Origin: a virus
Lineage: Duplodnaviria > Heunggongvirae > Uroviricota > Caudoviricetes
Strand: one strand, 5' to 3'
Virus record (IMG/VR): IMGVR_UViG_3300001336_000001
Span: 170,836 to 234,835 of that record
Length of the DNA stretch: 64,000 nt
In this document: piece by piece, positions 1-11,400 of the stretch
Position numbering within the stretch: the first letter of the stretch is position 1
How the letters are laid out: each line of letters opens with the position of its first letter
Translations under genes and position numbers: made by a program
The notes under the pieces: model-generated
Database searches by the model: none
Seen by the model: only the letters and a program-made list of their open reading frames with translations
What the model was told of the DNA's origin: nothing

Positions 1-11
1 TATTTCTCATA

Positions 12-191
12 TTAAAAAAGTAATTGTCTACCGTCTTCAGTTATTATTTTCTTGTTAATTCTTTCCACTAAACTTTTATCTGTTTTAATGATACAGCCTT
101 CATCGTTACAATCTTGCTCTTCGATATTTTTTTTATCTAAAAAATCATCAAGATTAGCTTCAAGGGTTTTTTTGTTTTTGTTGTCATTCAT
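12..191 (-). CDS. hypothetical protein, 59 aa (MNDNKNKKTLEANLDDFLDKKNIEEQDCNDEGCIIKTDKSLVERINKKIITEDGRQLLF)
   Basis: Manually translated ATG(191)..TAA(12); TATTTAT motif 33 nt upstream; another ATG follows at 10. Confidence 0.7.
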   Translation of the reverse strand: MNDNKNKKTLEANLDDFLDKKNIEEQDCNDEGCIIKTDKSLVERINKKIITEDGRQLLF

Positions 192-241
192 AATACTTAA
201 GTTTTTAATACTTGTTATTTATTAATAAATATCTGTAAATC

Positions 242-640
242 TTAAAAAATCTTTTTTATATCTGACATTACTAACTTACCACTTTTCATAAGTATTAACT
301 TGTTTTGATACATTGACCAATCTATTTTTATTGATTTATAATTAATATTACCAAGGTCAATATCATGACTATTTTCTATTAGTTTATTCAACCCGTTAAT
401 ACTATATATAGCTGATTTTTTCTTATGTACGATTGTTGCATTAGGGAACTCTTTTTTAAAATCAATACGTCTATCTTCTGATAATAATAATTTAAATGTT
501 ACCAAATATTTGTATTCGTCATCAGTTTCAAATATCTGTATTTGATTTTCCCTAACATCAAAATTTTCGGTTAATATAGTCTTAAACCAATCAACCCTAT
601 CTTTAAATATGAATGATGCTATTAATATGTTTCTCCCCAT
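242..640 (-). CDS. hypothetical protein, 132 aa
   Basis: ORF track; overlaps the end of the upstream gene on the same strand. Confidence 0.7.
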   Translation of the reverse strand: MGRNILIASFIFKDRVDWFKTILTENFDVRENQIQIFETDDEYKYLVTFKLLLSEDRRIDFKKEFPNATIVHKKKSAIYSINGLNKLIENSHDIDLGNINYKSIKIDWSMYQNKLILMKSGKLVMSDIKKIF

Positions 641-1226
641 TACTTAATGAATATAAAAAAGGTATATACTTAACTTGTTCACCCAACATCTCAGTTATAT
701 CCTTATATTCTATAAGTATTTCCTCATTTGTTAAAAAATCTACACAAATTGATTTTATTTTATTTATTTTTTCAATTTTATCATAACCAAGATATTCCAC
801 CAAAGTTAAGTCTAATCCATATATTTTTTTTTCGGAATAAACATAAACCATATCCCTATATTTAAAACCTATCGATTTATTATTCTTTATTGTTTTAAAT
901 ATATTTTTAATCTCTAAATCAGTTAATTGTATTAGGTCTATAAAAACATATTCAATATCTTTAATTAATAATTTTGAACAATATTCAGTAAAATCATATA
1001 AATCATTATTAAATAAATCTCTTTTTTCGGTCTTTTTAAAAGTCCAAAAAATATTGTCTGATAATTTTCTATCAATAAAGTCAGAGTTTGGATTAATAGT
1101 TTTAACAATATCCCAACCAACTATTAATGTTGGTAATTCGGGGATTACATCATCAATGTTACCTACAATATTAAAAAACTTGTCGTAGGTATTTGAATTA
1201 TTCGATACTATGTTTCCAATATACAT
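603..1226 (-). CDS. hypothetical protein, 207 aa
   Basis: ORF track; TATATTTG element 4 nt before the ATG. Confidence 0.75.
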   Translation of the reverse strand: MYIGNIVSNNSNTYDKFFNIVGNIDDVIPELPTLIVGWDIVKTINPNSDFIDRKLSDNIFWTFKKTEKRDLFNNDLYDFTEYCSKLLIKDIEYVFIDLIQLTDLEIKNIFKTIKNNKSIGFKYRDMVYVYSEKKIYGLDLTLVEYLGYDKIEKINKIKSICVDFLTNEEILIEYKDITEMLGEQVKYIPFLYSLSNGEKHINSIIHI

Positions 1227-1230
1227 AGTG

Positions 1231-1238
1231 CAAATATA
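1231..1238 (-). promoter_or_regulatory. Bacteroidota-type -7 element TATATTTG, probably giving a leaderless mRNA
   Basis: Sense strand TATATTTG-CACT-ATG; no TTG at the 20-nt spacing. Confidence 0.5.
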
Positions 1239-1253
1239 CTATTTTTTTTTTAA

Positions 1254-4200
1254 TTATTTGTATGTTGTTAAAGTATTAACCTTCGCTAGTGATGTATTGT
1301 AAAGTTTTTCTTCTTTACTAATTATATCACAATCAGTAAAATCAGGGTTCGTAGTATAATTATCTTTAGTTCTGGCACCATAACCATTCCAATCCCTAAA
1401 CCATCTCCAAGCCCATTCGTTAGCACCCCCTCCAGTGTCAAACATGTTTCTCGCCATTATTGTTGAAATCAGTGGAACTAATCCCGCACTTAAATCAGAA
1501 AAACTATAATATTTTTTAATTTTACTAGTACCACCTTCTGGTATGATAACGTAACCGTTTACATCGTTTTTATTAAACACTTTAAAACCATCTGACTCAA
1601 CACCACTTATATTGTTATTAAACCCTCTAAACCCATCTCCTTTACCTTGTTCTGTTCTACTGATGGTAAATGCTGATACTAATATTAACTTCTTTTGTTC
1701 TGTTGTTGCATTTGGTGCTAATTTATTTATAACTTTTTCGGCAGCGGAAATATATTCTTGAGGTGTGACTAATGTTTCTACTTTGTCAACCTTTGGGTAA
1801 TCTGATTTTTTAACTGATACTGTTGGTTCATTAGTTTGTTTGACAATTACTTGAGCTGGCCCGTTTTTCCATTTAACACTTCTTGGATAAACAGTGTCTA
1901 CATCATTAGGGCTGGCTTTGCCACATTTAACATTTGGTGCCTTAACCCCTGCTTCAAAATAATCACCAGTTCCAATTATTTTCTTACCATCATAATACTT
2001 ATTATCTGTTTTTTTAACATACAATCTATAACTACCCACATCACTCTCGTCAATAAAAAACCCACCTGATAAATTAATTTCACTTGTTTTTACTGTGTCA
2101 CCCAAATTACCACCAACTATTAATGCTTTATTATTTTCGACTTTATATATAACATCGCAGTGTGATGCAGTGTAACCTCCAGTTCTGCTTTGACATAACA
2201 AATCACCTATTTCGGCTTTAATTTTAAGGCCTGATTTAAGTGGAAATAATTCATAACCTTTATTACCATTTATTGCTGCTGTAACATAAGTATAATGCGC
2301 TGTTGATTTTGGAAATTGAGAATCACCACCTATCATAATATATGATATAAATACAGCACTCCAGGGTTGTTCGTTTCTAGAATATTGTGATGCGCTAGGT
2401 CCTGGTGTTGTTGTTGCATATACACTCAATAAATCAACAGCATCTTTTTCATCTAACTGACCATTATTCCATTTACTTATTTCTTCTTCTGCTCGTTTTG
2501 TTATTTCATTTTTGTTAGGCATTGTGCTACCACTAATTATTATATTTTCTGGTATATTTGCTATTAAATCCGAAAAATATTTGTTGACATACGATGATTT
2601 GTTTGAGCGTTTACTTGATACCCTTGAACCACCAGTCGTCCCAATTAAATTCATATATACTGTGGCTTTATCTAAAAGAGGGGTTTTAGGTTTTTTAACC
2701 CTATTACCTTTAAATCTGGTTATCATCGAGTGTGGTTTAATACTATGTGTTACTTTAAATATTAAATACGCACCCCTAAACATTGGTACGTTGTTTAATT
2801 GGAAATACATCATGGGTTGTATCATAGCTGAACCCATCATTTCAACTTCTGCTGAATACGACCTTGTTTTATAAACATTAAATAGGTTATTACCAGCGTA
2901 ACTAGATTTACTTTTATCACCACCTAAACTTATTTGTTCTATTACTTGTAATGATTCCATAGTCTCAGCAAATTCTCTTTGGTCTAATTTTAAAGATTTA
3001 AAATAATTTTGATTTTGTTGACCGTAATTTACTGCAATAACTGGTACATTACTCTCACCAGGTTTGTTTTCACCAACAAAATCTTCAGCACCTTCTGGTA
3101 TTATAGGTGAGCCTGTTTCACTGTCAATATTAAACGATAACCCATCATCTGGGTATACTGAATCAACACCTAAATCTAAATTTTTTGATGTTTGTCCAAC
3201 ATATACACAAACAAATGATGGACCACCGTTTCCATCTATATTAGCAATATCAACGTAAGAGTAAGGTGTAAATGCGGTTTTTAAATCATTAATATTGTTA
3301 AAATTAAAAAACGTAGGTAATGCTATAAAGTTGAAATTATTGTCACTTAAGATTTCATTAACAATATCGAAAAAAGATTTGTTGTAATTACCAGTTATTA
3401 TTTTAGAAATGTAACCTAAATTTAAATAAAATTTATCTCCAATATCCCTAAATGCTCTATCAACAAACCTAAACGTATCTATTATGGATAAACATCCATC
3501 ACTAGATTTGTATTCATTAGATAACTCAACATCAGACTTATTTGTGTTACCACAAAGTGTCATTGGACAACCAGTTGGGTTTCCGTTTATCCACTTATCG
3601 TTTATTGAGGATAATGTTCTGTATATTTGTAATTTAATAGCATCATCATCTGTTGTACCAAAAATACGTTGCTTTTCTTCCGCATTTTCTACTGGTTTTT
3701 CTATTTGAAAATCTTTGTTTACTTCATCGAAGTAATTTTTAAATTCAGTTATAAAGTCCTCGTATTGTTTTTGTTGTACTAATATTTTAGCCCCAGACAA
3801 AATCTGGTTACGGACACTGGTTGTATTGTACCCTTGAGCTCTAAAAGCCATGAACCTATTGGTATCAGAAAACCCTAATTGGCTTTGTTTTGATGAAGCA
3901 TAGTTCCAAGTCTTTGGGTTTACATTTTTTAATATTACTGGTTCTTTAAATAAATTAACTAAAATTGTTTGTACTTCAGTATTTGGTTTTAATATTAAAT
4001 TAACTTGACCTATTTCACCCTTATTTTTACCAATATTTTCAATACTAACAGACAAAAAGTCATAATTTTTAGAAACATTTTCATCTATAAGACCTGAAGA
4101 AAAAGTGTCAAATTCACTAACATTAATAAAACCATCACCCGATGCTTGTTTTACAAAAAAACCCTTTACTTTATCCTCATATTTTTTAGCGTGAGTAGTG

Positions 4201-7200
4201 ATATCACTTATATTTTCTTTATCATATCCATCCCAAATTTCGAGTTCTGATTGAATTTTAGTAAATCCATTAACCTCATCATTAACCCAATCAATAAAAT
4301 AATTAATAAACTTATCTTTAATTTGTTTTGGTAACCCCCTAATTGTTCTGTCTACTGGTAGGTATAAATTATCAGAATTAATTATAGTATTACTACCTTG
4401 TTCATCACCAACAAAAAACATACCCCATGGTACTCTTGCATTAGTACCGTCTTGACCCTCCTCATGGGCATAAAACAAATAGTCATTAACCGATGGTAAA
4501 TTTGTAGTTCTTATTAATGTATTCCATTCATTAGAATTATAAATATCTTTAAATAAAATAGGGTCAGTATTGAGGTTCACAAGGGTAGAATTTTCATTAG
4601 AAAATTTAATTCTCCATAATATTCCACCAATAAATAATACCCAAGATTTAGGTGCGTGAATTAACCCACTAGCCCATTGGAACATACTTCTAATTGAGAG
4701 TATTCTAGTTTTTTTATCATCATTCTCACCTTCACTTGATGCAACCCAATCATATCTTTTGTCGAACATCATAAATTCATTAGCGTCATCTGAAAAATTT
4801 TTAACACCTTGCCATGGTATTGTATGTAAAAATAACAAAGCTTTAACTTCTCTATATTTTTGTTGGTTGTAAAACCAAGAACCAAATAAAGATAAATTAG
4901 CTAAGTTACCATTATAGGTTCCACTAAATCCGACTGTCGTTTCGGGTAACCTATCTGTGTTTTTTGTGCCTCTAAAAAACTTAAAAATTGGGTCAAATTT
5001 ACTACCAAACTCAATATATGGTAAATAAATGTTAGATTCGTCAATGGCTTCTGTAGTTACTCCATGTAATATTTTTTTAGTGTTAGTGTAATTAAAATCT
5101 TCAACTAATGTCTTTCTACTAGATAAGTATGGAAAGGAAGGGGAAGTCATGTATGGTGGTATTATAGTGTCTATAAAGTTAAATAAGTTTATTTTTTCAC
5201 CTTTATCACCATCTTTGTAAATTTTAACTTTAGTCCCTACACCAGTATTTAATATAATATCACCATCCTCTGGTATTAAAGATAAATATGTCCCGCAGGA
5301 TGGGACCGATTGTAATATTTCATTATCTTCACCACCATCATATTGACTATAAAATGATAATAATGAACTAGCAATTTTATTATCACCTAAAAAAAAGTGT
5401 TGTTCACCAGTAAAATTAGAAAATTTATCACTAAATTTAGGTATATAATTTAATAAATTAAAATCGTGAACTGAATATGGGTTATTTTCATCATTACTCC
5501 AAGGGAAAGGTTGTGAGATTGTTATATTTTCACCATCATTTTCAAAATAACCAGATAAAGTAGGTTTTTCAACTATTGATGTATATGCTGTTTCAACATT
5601 TATTAATCCTGTAGTATAATTATTTTTTTTGAATTGCTCTTCAACAATGTTATAACCAAATTCTGGTTTAAAATCATTTGATACATATGTTGCATAATCT
5701 ATAATATCAAATAAATAAGAACCATCATCGTTTCTTTGGTAGAAACCATTAAAAAGGTTAATTGGATTTGATACGAATAGGTGTCCATCATTAGCTAGTG
5801 TTTTTAATTGTGATGAATTTTTAATTTTACCATTACTAAAAAAATTAGCCCCAGAAAACCCACGATTTACTGGTATATAAACCTGACCTTGCTTATCGTT
5901 AGTGATATAATTGTATGAATATTGGGTAACACCCATGCCGCCACTAACTAACTGTTTTGTTTCACTCACAAAAAATGGTTTTTTTTCACCATTAATCTTT
6001 AGTTTATCATGACCATCTTTACCAACATTAATAATGGACTCAACATCCTTATTGTTCAATAAAGATGCTATATCCTTTCCGTTCTTACCCTCTTTACTAT
6101 TTAAACCCCTTAATGCACTTAAAACGTTTTCAACCTCCAACCTAGCGTGTGATTTTAATATAGTTCTAGGTATTTTATTATTATAGTAAGATACACCTAC
6201 TAATAAAAACGCCCTGTAAATTAAAACCCTAATAATCTCATATTCACCATTAGCAGGGTTTTCTTCTAAAGCAACTAAATATGGGTTTTTGTTTATAAAA
6301 TTATTACCAATAGGTGTATCTGCGGTTGATACAGGCCACCATTTATATTCAATAGTATCATTTAATTTATCAATATCTAACCCAGACTCTGCGGCCAATT
6401 CTTGTCTTAATAAATCATCCTCAGATTTTACAACATCTATAAATCCTTTTAATAATTCTTCAGTAAAAACTAATTCATCAATATTTTCTGGGGTAATACT
6501 TTTATTGGACCCCATATAGGTTTCAACATAATCACCATCTTTTTTTTCTCTATATTCTGGCCATGCATAAATTTCTTTATCTTTATTAGTTAAATTAACA
6601 TTAAAATTTATTTGATTATTAAATAATTTACCAATTTCAGGGATTCGTTTATTATTATTTTGGGAGCTAACAGATACGTCTCTTAAAACTTCTAGAAAAA
6701 CTTCAGTGTTTACAGTTAAAACCCTAAATATATTTCTTATATTTGGTTCAAACCCTAATGTTGTGTCTGAAATATCTGATATATTGTCAATTAAATTAGA
6801 AACACTATTATTTTCTTCGGTTTTAAACTCCCCTTCTTTAATTTCTATTTCATCTAATAATAATTTAAAATTATAAACATCTAATTCGGTATCATTAGGT
6901 AACCCTGAATCTAATTTTATTAAATCAGTTATATTATTTACATCATCAATAACACTATTCAACCATGGTGGTGTGAATCTAGAACCACTAGTTTTTAGTG
7001 CAAATGTTGTATTTTCTCTACTAGCCTCCTCTTCTAACTTTAGTTTACTTATACCCTTTGTTAATAAAATATAACTATTTATTTTTTCAGAAAATTTTAA
7101 ATTTTGTGAATTTTCAGATATTTTTTCATTAAGTAATTTTATGTTACTTAAAATAATCTCTTTGACGTCTTTAAACTTTTCACGTACATCTTCGTTTTTA

Positions 7201-8147
7201 CTATTTAATACTAATAACCCATTTTCACTATCTTTAAACGGTGGAGTTTCACCACCATTGGTTTCAATAAAATCAACAATATTAGATTTTATTTTATCTA
7301 TAATTTCATAAATATCATTATATGTCTGTAAGTCAACAGCACTATCTTCACTATCGTTAATTTTGTTTAATGAAAAATTAAATTCTTGTATTTTTTTTAA
7401 CATTTCATCAATCGTTATTATTGATTCTGGTAATTTATGTTGAGCCCTTTTTTCTGATAATTTTTTCTTACCAGTCTCGGTAAAACTAGTTGCTCTAACT
7501 AAACCAATAATCATGTCAGTTAGAAAGGCATAGGTATACCCAATAAAATCAGCTTGTATTTCAAAATTACCAGTTTCTGAATTAAAATTAGCATTCCACC
7601 TTTGTAAGTGTAAACAGTAAGTTACCGCTTTACCATAAAACCCTTTAATTTTTAAACTAAATAACGGGTATGGTAATTCAAAAAACATTTTATATTTAGA
7701 TGAATTCCCTTGTGATAATATAGCATTGCCCCTAACGTCTATAAATTTTATTTTTATAATTGGTGTGTATGCGGTATTAAATTCTATATCTATACTTTCA
7801 ATACCTAAACTCTCATAATCATCTATAGTATTATCTAATTGATTATCACTTGGGTTCATCAAATCTAATGATATAGCATTTGTGTATCTGGTTGTTAAAC
7901 TTCTATTTTCAGAATTTTTATTATTTTTACTACCTTCGATAAATGAAATGCCAGTTGATGAACCTTGTGTATTGTTAATTTCCTCACCCGAAAATATTAA
8001 ACTTCTACCCTTTCTAAATGATTTAAATTCAACATTAATAGTTAAATCCTCTGGATTAACCATTACATTATTCGCTTTATTAGGGTCTAACCATATAAGT
8101 CTACCAGTATCTGGTTGGTTTATTTGGTTGTTATTAATATTATCCAT
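1254..8147 (-). CDS. large baseplate hub/tail-associated protein with C-terminal DUF2272 (CHAP-like) and lysozyme/glucosaminidase-like domains
   Basis: 2297 aa in the baseplate cluster; hub-like segment (YSAEVEMMGSAMIQPMMYFQL..GAYLIFKVTHSI); PWSAVFISY..SHCDVI..GGNLGDTVK; EQG..NNISG. Confidence 0.65.
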   Translation of the reverse strand: MDNINNNQINQPDTGRLIWLDPNKANNVMVNPEDLTINVEFKSFRKGRSLIFSGEEINNTQGSSTGISFIEGSKNNKNSENRSLTTRYTNAISLDLMNPSDNQLDNTIDDYESLGIESIDIEFNTAYTPIIKIKFIDVRGNAILSQGNSSKYKMFFELPYPLFSLKIKGFYGKAVTYCLHLQRWNANFNSETGNFEIQADFIGYTYAFLTDMIIGLVRATSFTETGKKKLSEKRAQHKLPESIITIDEMLKKIQEFNFSLNKINDSEDSAVDLQTYNDIYEIIDKIKSNIVDFIETNGGETPPFKDSENGLLVLNSKNEDVREKFKDVKEIILSNIKLLNEKISENSQNLKFSEKINSYILLTKGISKLKLEEEASRENTTFALKTSGSRFTPPWLNSVIDDVNNITDLIKLDSGLPNDTELDVYNFKLLLDEIEIKEGEFKTEENNSVSNLIDNISDISDTTLGFEPNIRNIFRVLTVNTEVFLEVLRDVSVSSQNNNKRIPEIGKLFNNQINFNVNLTNKDKEIYAWPEYREKKDGDYVETYMGSNKSITPENIDELVFTEELLKGFIDVVKSEDDLLRQELAAESGLDIDKLNDTIEYKWWPVSTADTPIGNNFINKNPYLVALEENPANGEYEIIRVLIYRAFLLVGVSYYNNKIPRTILKSHARLEVENVLSALRGLNSKEGKNGKDIASLLNNKDVESIINVGKDGHDKLKINGEKKPFFVSETKQLVSGGMGVTQYSYNYITNDKQGQVYIPVNRGFSGANFFSNGKIKNSSQLKTLANDGHLFVSNPINLFNGFYQRNDDGSYLFDIIDYATYVSNDFKPEFGYNIVEEQFKKNNYTTGLINVETAYTSIVEKPTLSGYFENDGENITISQPFPWSNDENNPYSVHDFNLLNYIPKFSDKFSNFTGEQHFFLGDNKIASSLLSFYSQYDGGEDNEILQSVPSCGTYLSLIPEDGDIILNTGVGTKVKIYKDGDKGEKINLFNFIDTIIPPYMTSPSFPYLSSRKTLVEDFNYTNTKKILHGVTTEAIDESNIYLPYIEFGSKFDPIFKFFRGTKNTDRLPETTVGFSGTYNGNLANLSLFGSWFYNQQKYREVKALLFLHTIPWQGVKNFSDDANEFMMFDKRYDWVASSEGENDDKKTRILSIRSMFQWASGLIHAPKSWVLFIGGILWRIKFSNENSTLVNLNTDPILFKDIYNSNEWNTLIRTTNLPSVNDYLFYAHEEGQDGTNARVPWGMFFVGDEQGSNTIINSDNLYLPVDRTIRGLPKQIKDKFINYFIDWVNDEVNGFTKIQSELEIWDGYDKENISDITTHAKKYEDKVKGFFVKQASGDGFINVSEFDTFSSGLIDENVSKNYDFLSVSIENIGKNKGEIGQVNLILKPNTEVQTILVNLFKEPVILKNVNPKTWNYASSKQSQLGFSDTNRFMAFRAQGYNTTSVRNQILSGAKILVQQKQYEDFITEFKNYFDEVNKDFQIEKPVENAEEKQRIFGTTDDDAIKLQIYRTLSSINDKWINGNPTGCPMTLCGNTNKSDVELSNEYKSSDGCLSIIDTFRFVDRAFRDIGDKFYLNLGYISKIITGNYNKSFFDIVNEILSDNNFNFIALPTFFNFNNINDLKTAFTPYSYVDIANIDGNGGPSFVCVYVGQTSKNLDLGVDSVYPDDGLSFNIDSETGSPIIPEGAEDFVGENKPGESNVPVIAVNYGQQNQNYFKSLKLDQREFAETMESLQVIEQISLGGDKSKSSYAGNNLFNVYKTRSYSAEVEMMGSAMIQPMMYFQLNNVPMFRGAYLIFKVTHSIKPHSMITRFKGNRVKKPKTPLLDKATVYMNLIGTTGGSRVSSKRSNKSSYVNKYFSDLIANIPENIIISGSTMPNKNEITKRAEEEISKWNNGQLDEKDAVDLLSVYATTTPGPSASQYSRNEQPWSAVFISYIMIGGDSQFPKSTAHYTYVTAAINGNKGYELFPLKSGLKIKAEIGDLLCQSRTGGYTASHCDVIYKVENNKALIVGGNLGDTVKTSEINLSGGFFIDESDVGSYRLYVKKTDNKYYDGKKIIGTGDYFEAGVKAPNVKCGKASPNDVDTVYPRSVKWKNGPAQVIVKQTNEPTVSVKKSDYPKVDKVETLVTPQEYISAAEKVINKLAPNATTEQKKLILVSAFTISRTEQGKGDGFRGFNNNISGVESDGFKVFNKNDVNGYVIIPEGGTSKIKKYYSFSDLSAGLVPLISTIMARNMFDTGGGANEWAWRWFRDWNGYGARTKDNYTTNPDFTDCDIISKEEKLYNTSLAKVNTLTTYK

Positions 8148-8457
8148 ATAATTGTTTATATCTATTAACTTGTTCTATATATCTTTCAATAGCTGATTCA
8201 AAAGGGTATGGTATTCTTATAACATCACCATCTTTAATCCCAAATTCTAAACCACCATATTTAGGGTTTGCTAACATAATTAAATACCCATGATATGGGT
8301 TATTATAATAGTTTTGACTTAATATGTCAAGTCTAGTTTTACCTAATCGATAAATAACAGTTTTATCAGTATTTGATTCTGGTATTTTTATGAAAGGTAA
8401 TGGTGTTATTCTACCATCGGTTCTAAATTTTTCGTATCTATCGTAATATTGACTCAT
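8140..8457 (-). CDS. LysM-like baseplate protein (gp53/tail-X-like)
   Basis: RLDILSQNYYNNPYHGYLIMLANP..IKDGDVIRIP; position between baseplate genes. Confidence 0.7.
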   Translation of the reverse strand: MSQYYDRYEKFRTDGRITPLPFIKIPESNTDKTVIYRLGKTRLDILSQNYYNNPYHGYLIMLANPKYGGLEFGIKDGDVIRIPYPFESAIERYIEQVNRYKQLYG

Positions 8458-8467
8458 AATATAATTT

Positions 8468-11400
8468 TTAACAATTTAAGAAAGTTGGTGGTTGTGTGGT
8501 ACTACCACTAAAGCAGTTTTCACAAACATTTTCGTAAATACTAGACCATAAACTTAATGTTTGTATTGATGATTTATATATAAATTCGTTTGGACAATCG
8601 AATGGTGGTTTTATAAATACATCACTTAACACAATATTAAATTCATTAATTTTAACACCAAACACTATTTCACCAGTGTTCTTATCAATAACAGCGTCAT
8701 TAAATATCGGTTCCCAATTTTTATTATCACTAGTAAAACTACCACCCCCAGGTGCGATAAATTGTCCACCAGGTTGAAAACCATCACTATCTTTACCACC
8801 AACTTTAAAATTAACTAAATCAGTATAACCGTTTTTAGTGTATAATATTACTGTTGCATCGTAATCTTTTGATAAGGATAGGGAATTTTCGTTAGTTAAC
8901 CCAAATGAACCATCAAAAAACCCTAAATCATTTGGTTGTTCGTAGTTATAATTAATATTAATATTAAATAAAAATTTATCTAACGCATCCCTAAAAATTG
9001 CTTCATCATTAATAACACCTTCGGTTGTTGTATCACCAGTAGTTGAACCAGAAAGAGGTTTAATTTCTTGCTCATCACTAGTTTGAGTTGTCTGGTTTTT
9101 ATCTGGTTTAAAAAATGGTCTAGTTGTTGAACCATCTGGATTTATATTTTTCAACCCATCAACAATATAACCAGAACCGTCTCCATTATCGCCAATAGTA
9201 TCAGACCTTCTGTCGTAAATCTCAGTATTAGCATAATAGTTAAACGATACTGCATTTTGTAGTTTACTAATCGGACCGTTAAGGCTAGACCCACCAATAA
9301 AATTAAATGACATATCAACAGTACATATCATTGGTTGAACACCAACGCCCTCTGGGTTTAAATCCCAAACTAAAGGGTCGTAACTAAATGATATAGTATC
9401 AATTATTATTCTAGTGTAATAAAAATCACCCAACCTTAATATACAAACAGGTGGTCTACCAAATGCTAAATTATCTGGTGTACCAGGTATTGGGGTAGTA
9501 TCACCATTATCTCCAACACTAACCGTTGGTCCTTGTCTCATACATTGTTGTAAAAAGTTTAATCTAGAATTAAAACCTTCTGGTGTTGTTGAATGAAATG
9601 ATGGTTGGAAATATTTTATTTTTTGTTTTATTTCACTATAAACAATAGGGTCATCTTGACTTAATTTTTCAAAATAATCACACTCACTATAAAACCTAGA
9701 AAGTGGTATATTTGGCACCCTTAAATCACCCTCTTGACTATCTAATTTTTTTTCGTCTTCAATCTCTGATTTTAATTCAATATCATCAACAAACTCAACA
9801 GACACATACCTGTTTGCCTTACAACCTTCTGTATCATTAAACGAACCTTTAACATCTATCAATTTACCATCACCAGTTACGGCATTTGGGCTGGTTTCAC
9901 ACTCACCAGCTGATGATGTTTGACCTTCACCTTTAGATACAATTTTTAAACGCTTATTAATTTCATCTTCTGATAATTCGTTTAAAACATTTTCCTTTAT
10001 ATAATTTTTGATATATTCAACCCTTCTTTTTGATAATTCAAAATTCCTTTCCTGACCACCAACAGCACTAGCGTAACCTAAAATATTTATTGTTAAAGAT
10101 TTTGACTGATTAACCATTAAATCTCGTAAATCTTTATGGTATTCTGGGTCTTTCCAGTTTTTATACTCTTTATCACCAATTTTAACTGGTTTATTATTTA
10201 AACCAAAGTTTGTTCTATCTGGTTGCTCCCTACCTTCAGAACCACTTGTTACCCTACATCTAGCAGAGGACCATACTTCTTCACCTTTATTGTTTTTATA
10301 TTTAAAACATTCTTCATTGTAAACATCTGGAAATACTGCAATCCCATTACCTTCACCAGTTGGATTATCTTCACTATTGATATTACAATTATTTTCCTCA
10401 ACTTCTAGTTTCCAACAATGTGGTACAAAATGATTTCCATCCACCCCACTAAATATTAAAAATTCTACCCACGGATAATCATTTGGGGGTAGTAATGGTG
10501 GTGCATATAAGTTATTATAGGTATCCAATATTACTTGTTCATTGATATTTAATACATCAGCATAATATGTAAATTCAGATATAAATGGAGCTGTAGTTCC
10601 AGAATTTAATACTTCAAAACCACTAGTTGAGTATGGTATATGAACATTAAAAGGCATTAATGATATATAACCTAAACTAACCATATTATTATATTCGTTG
10701 AATCGATTCAATGTCTCACCACCATCAAACCCTAAATCACAATCATAAAAATTAAATTCATTAAAATCACCAACTTCAAGTTCAGTAAAATAATTAATAC
10801 CAACCGTAAAAGGTAAATCGAAAAAATACCCGTCATCTTTCAGTTGATTATATTTTACTTGTTCAAGTTCATATTCATTTAAATACCATAAATAAGTTCC
10901 TGGTGTATTTAAATATTCTGGGTCACCAGGTGGGTTTAATGTTTCCTTATTTGGTGTACCATCAGCATATAAACCATAATCGATTTCAATAACTCGACTA
11001 TTTGAATCACGTATGAATTTAACTTCATCAACACCCTCACTACACCCTCTAACCTTACCGTCTTCATAACCATCGTACACACCCTCAACTGAAGATGTAT
11101 CATTTGGGAAATAAACATTAAAAGTTGTTGGGGGTGTAATTGGTTCATCAAGCTTTTCTTCCTTTTCTGGTTGATTTTCAATTATTGCCGCATCTAACTC
11201 ACGTTGAGTTAAAAATGGTGCCATTTGTTCTAAGCTCAAACACCCAGCGAAAAAAGATGCAATAAAATCGTTATTAACCCTATTATCATTATTAAATAAG
11301 TTTATATAATTAGGGTGGTCAATAATAATTTTCCACTGCAAGGTGCCAGTTCTTTCAGTATTATTATAAGTATACATTGGTTCACCTCTACCAATAAAGT

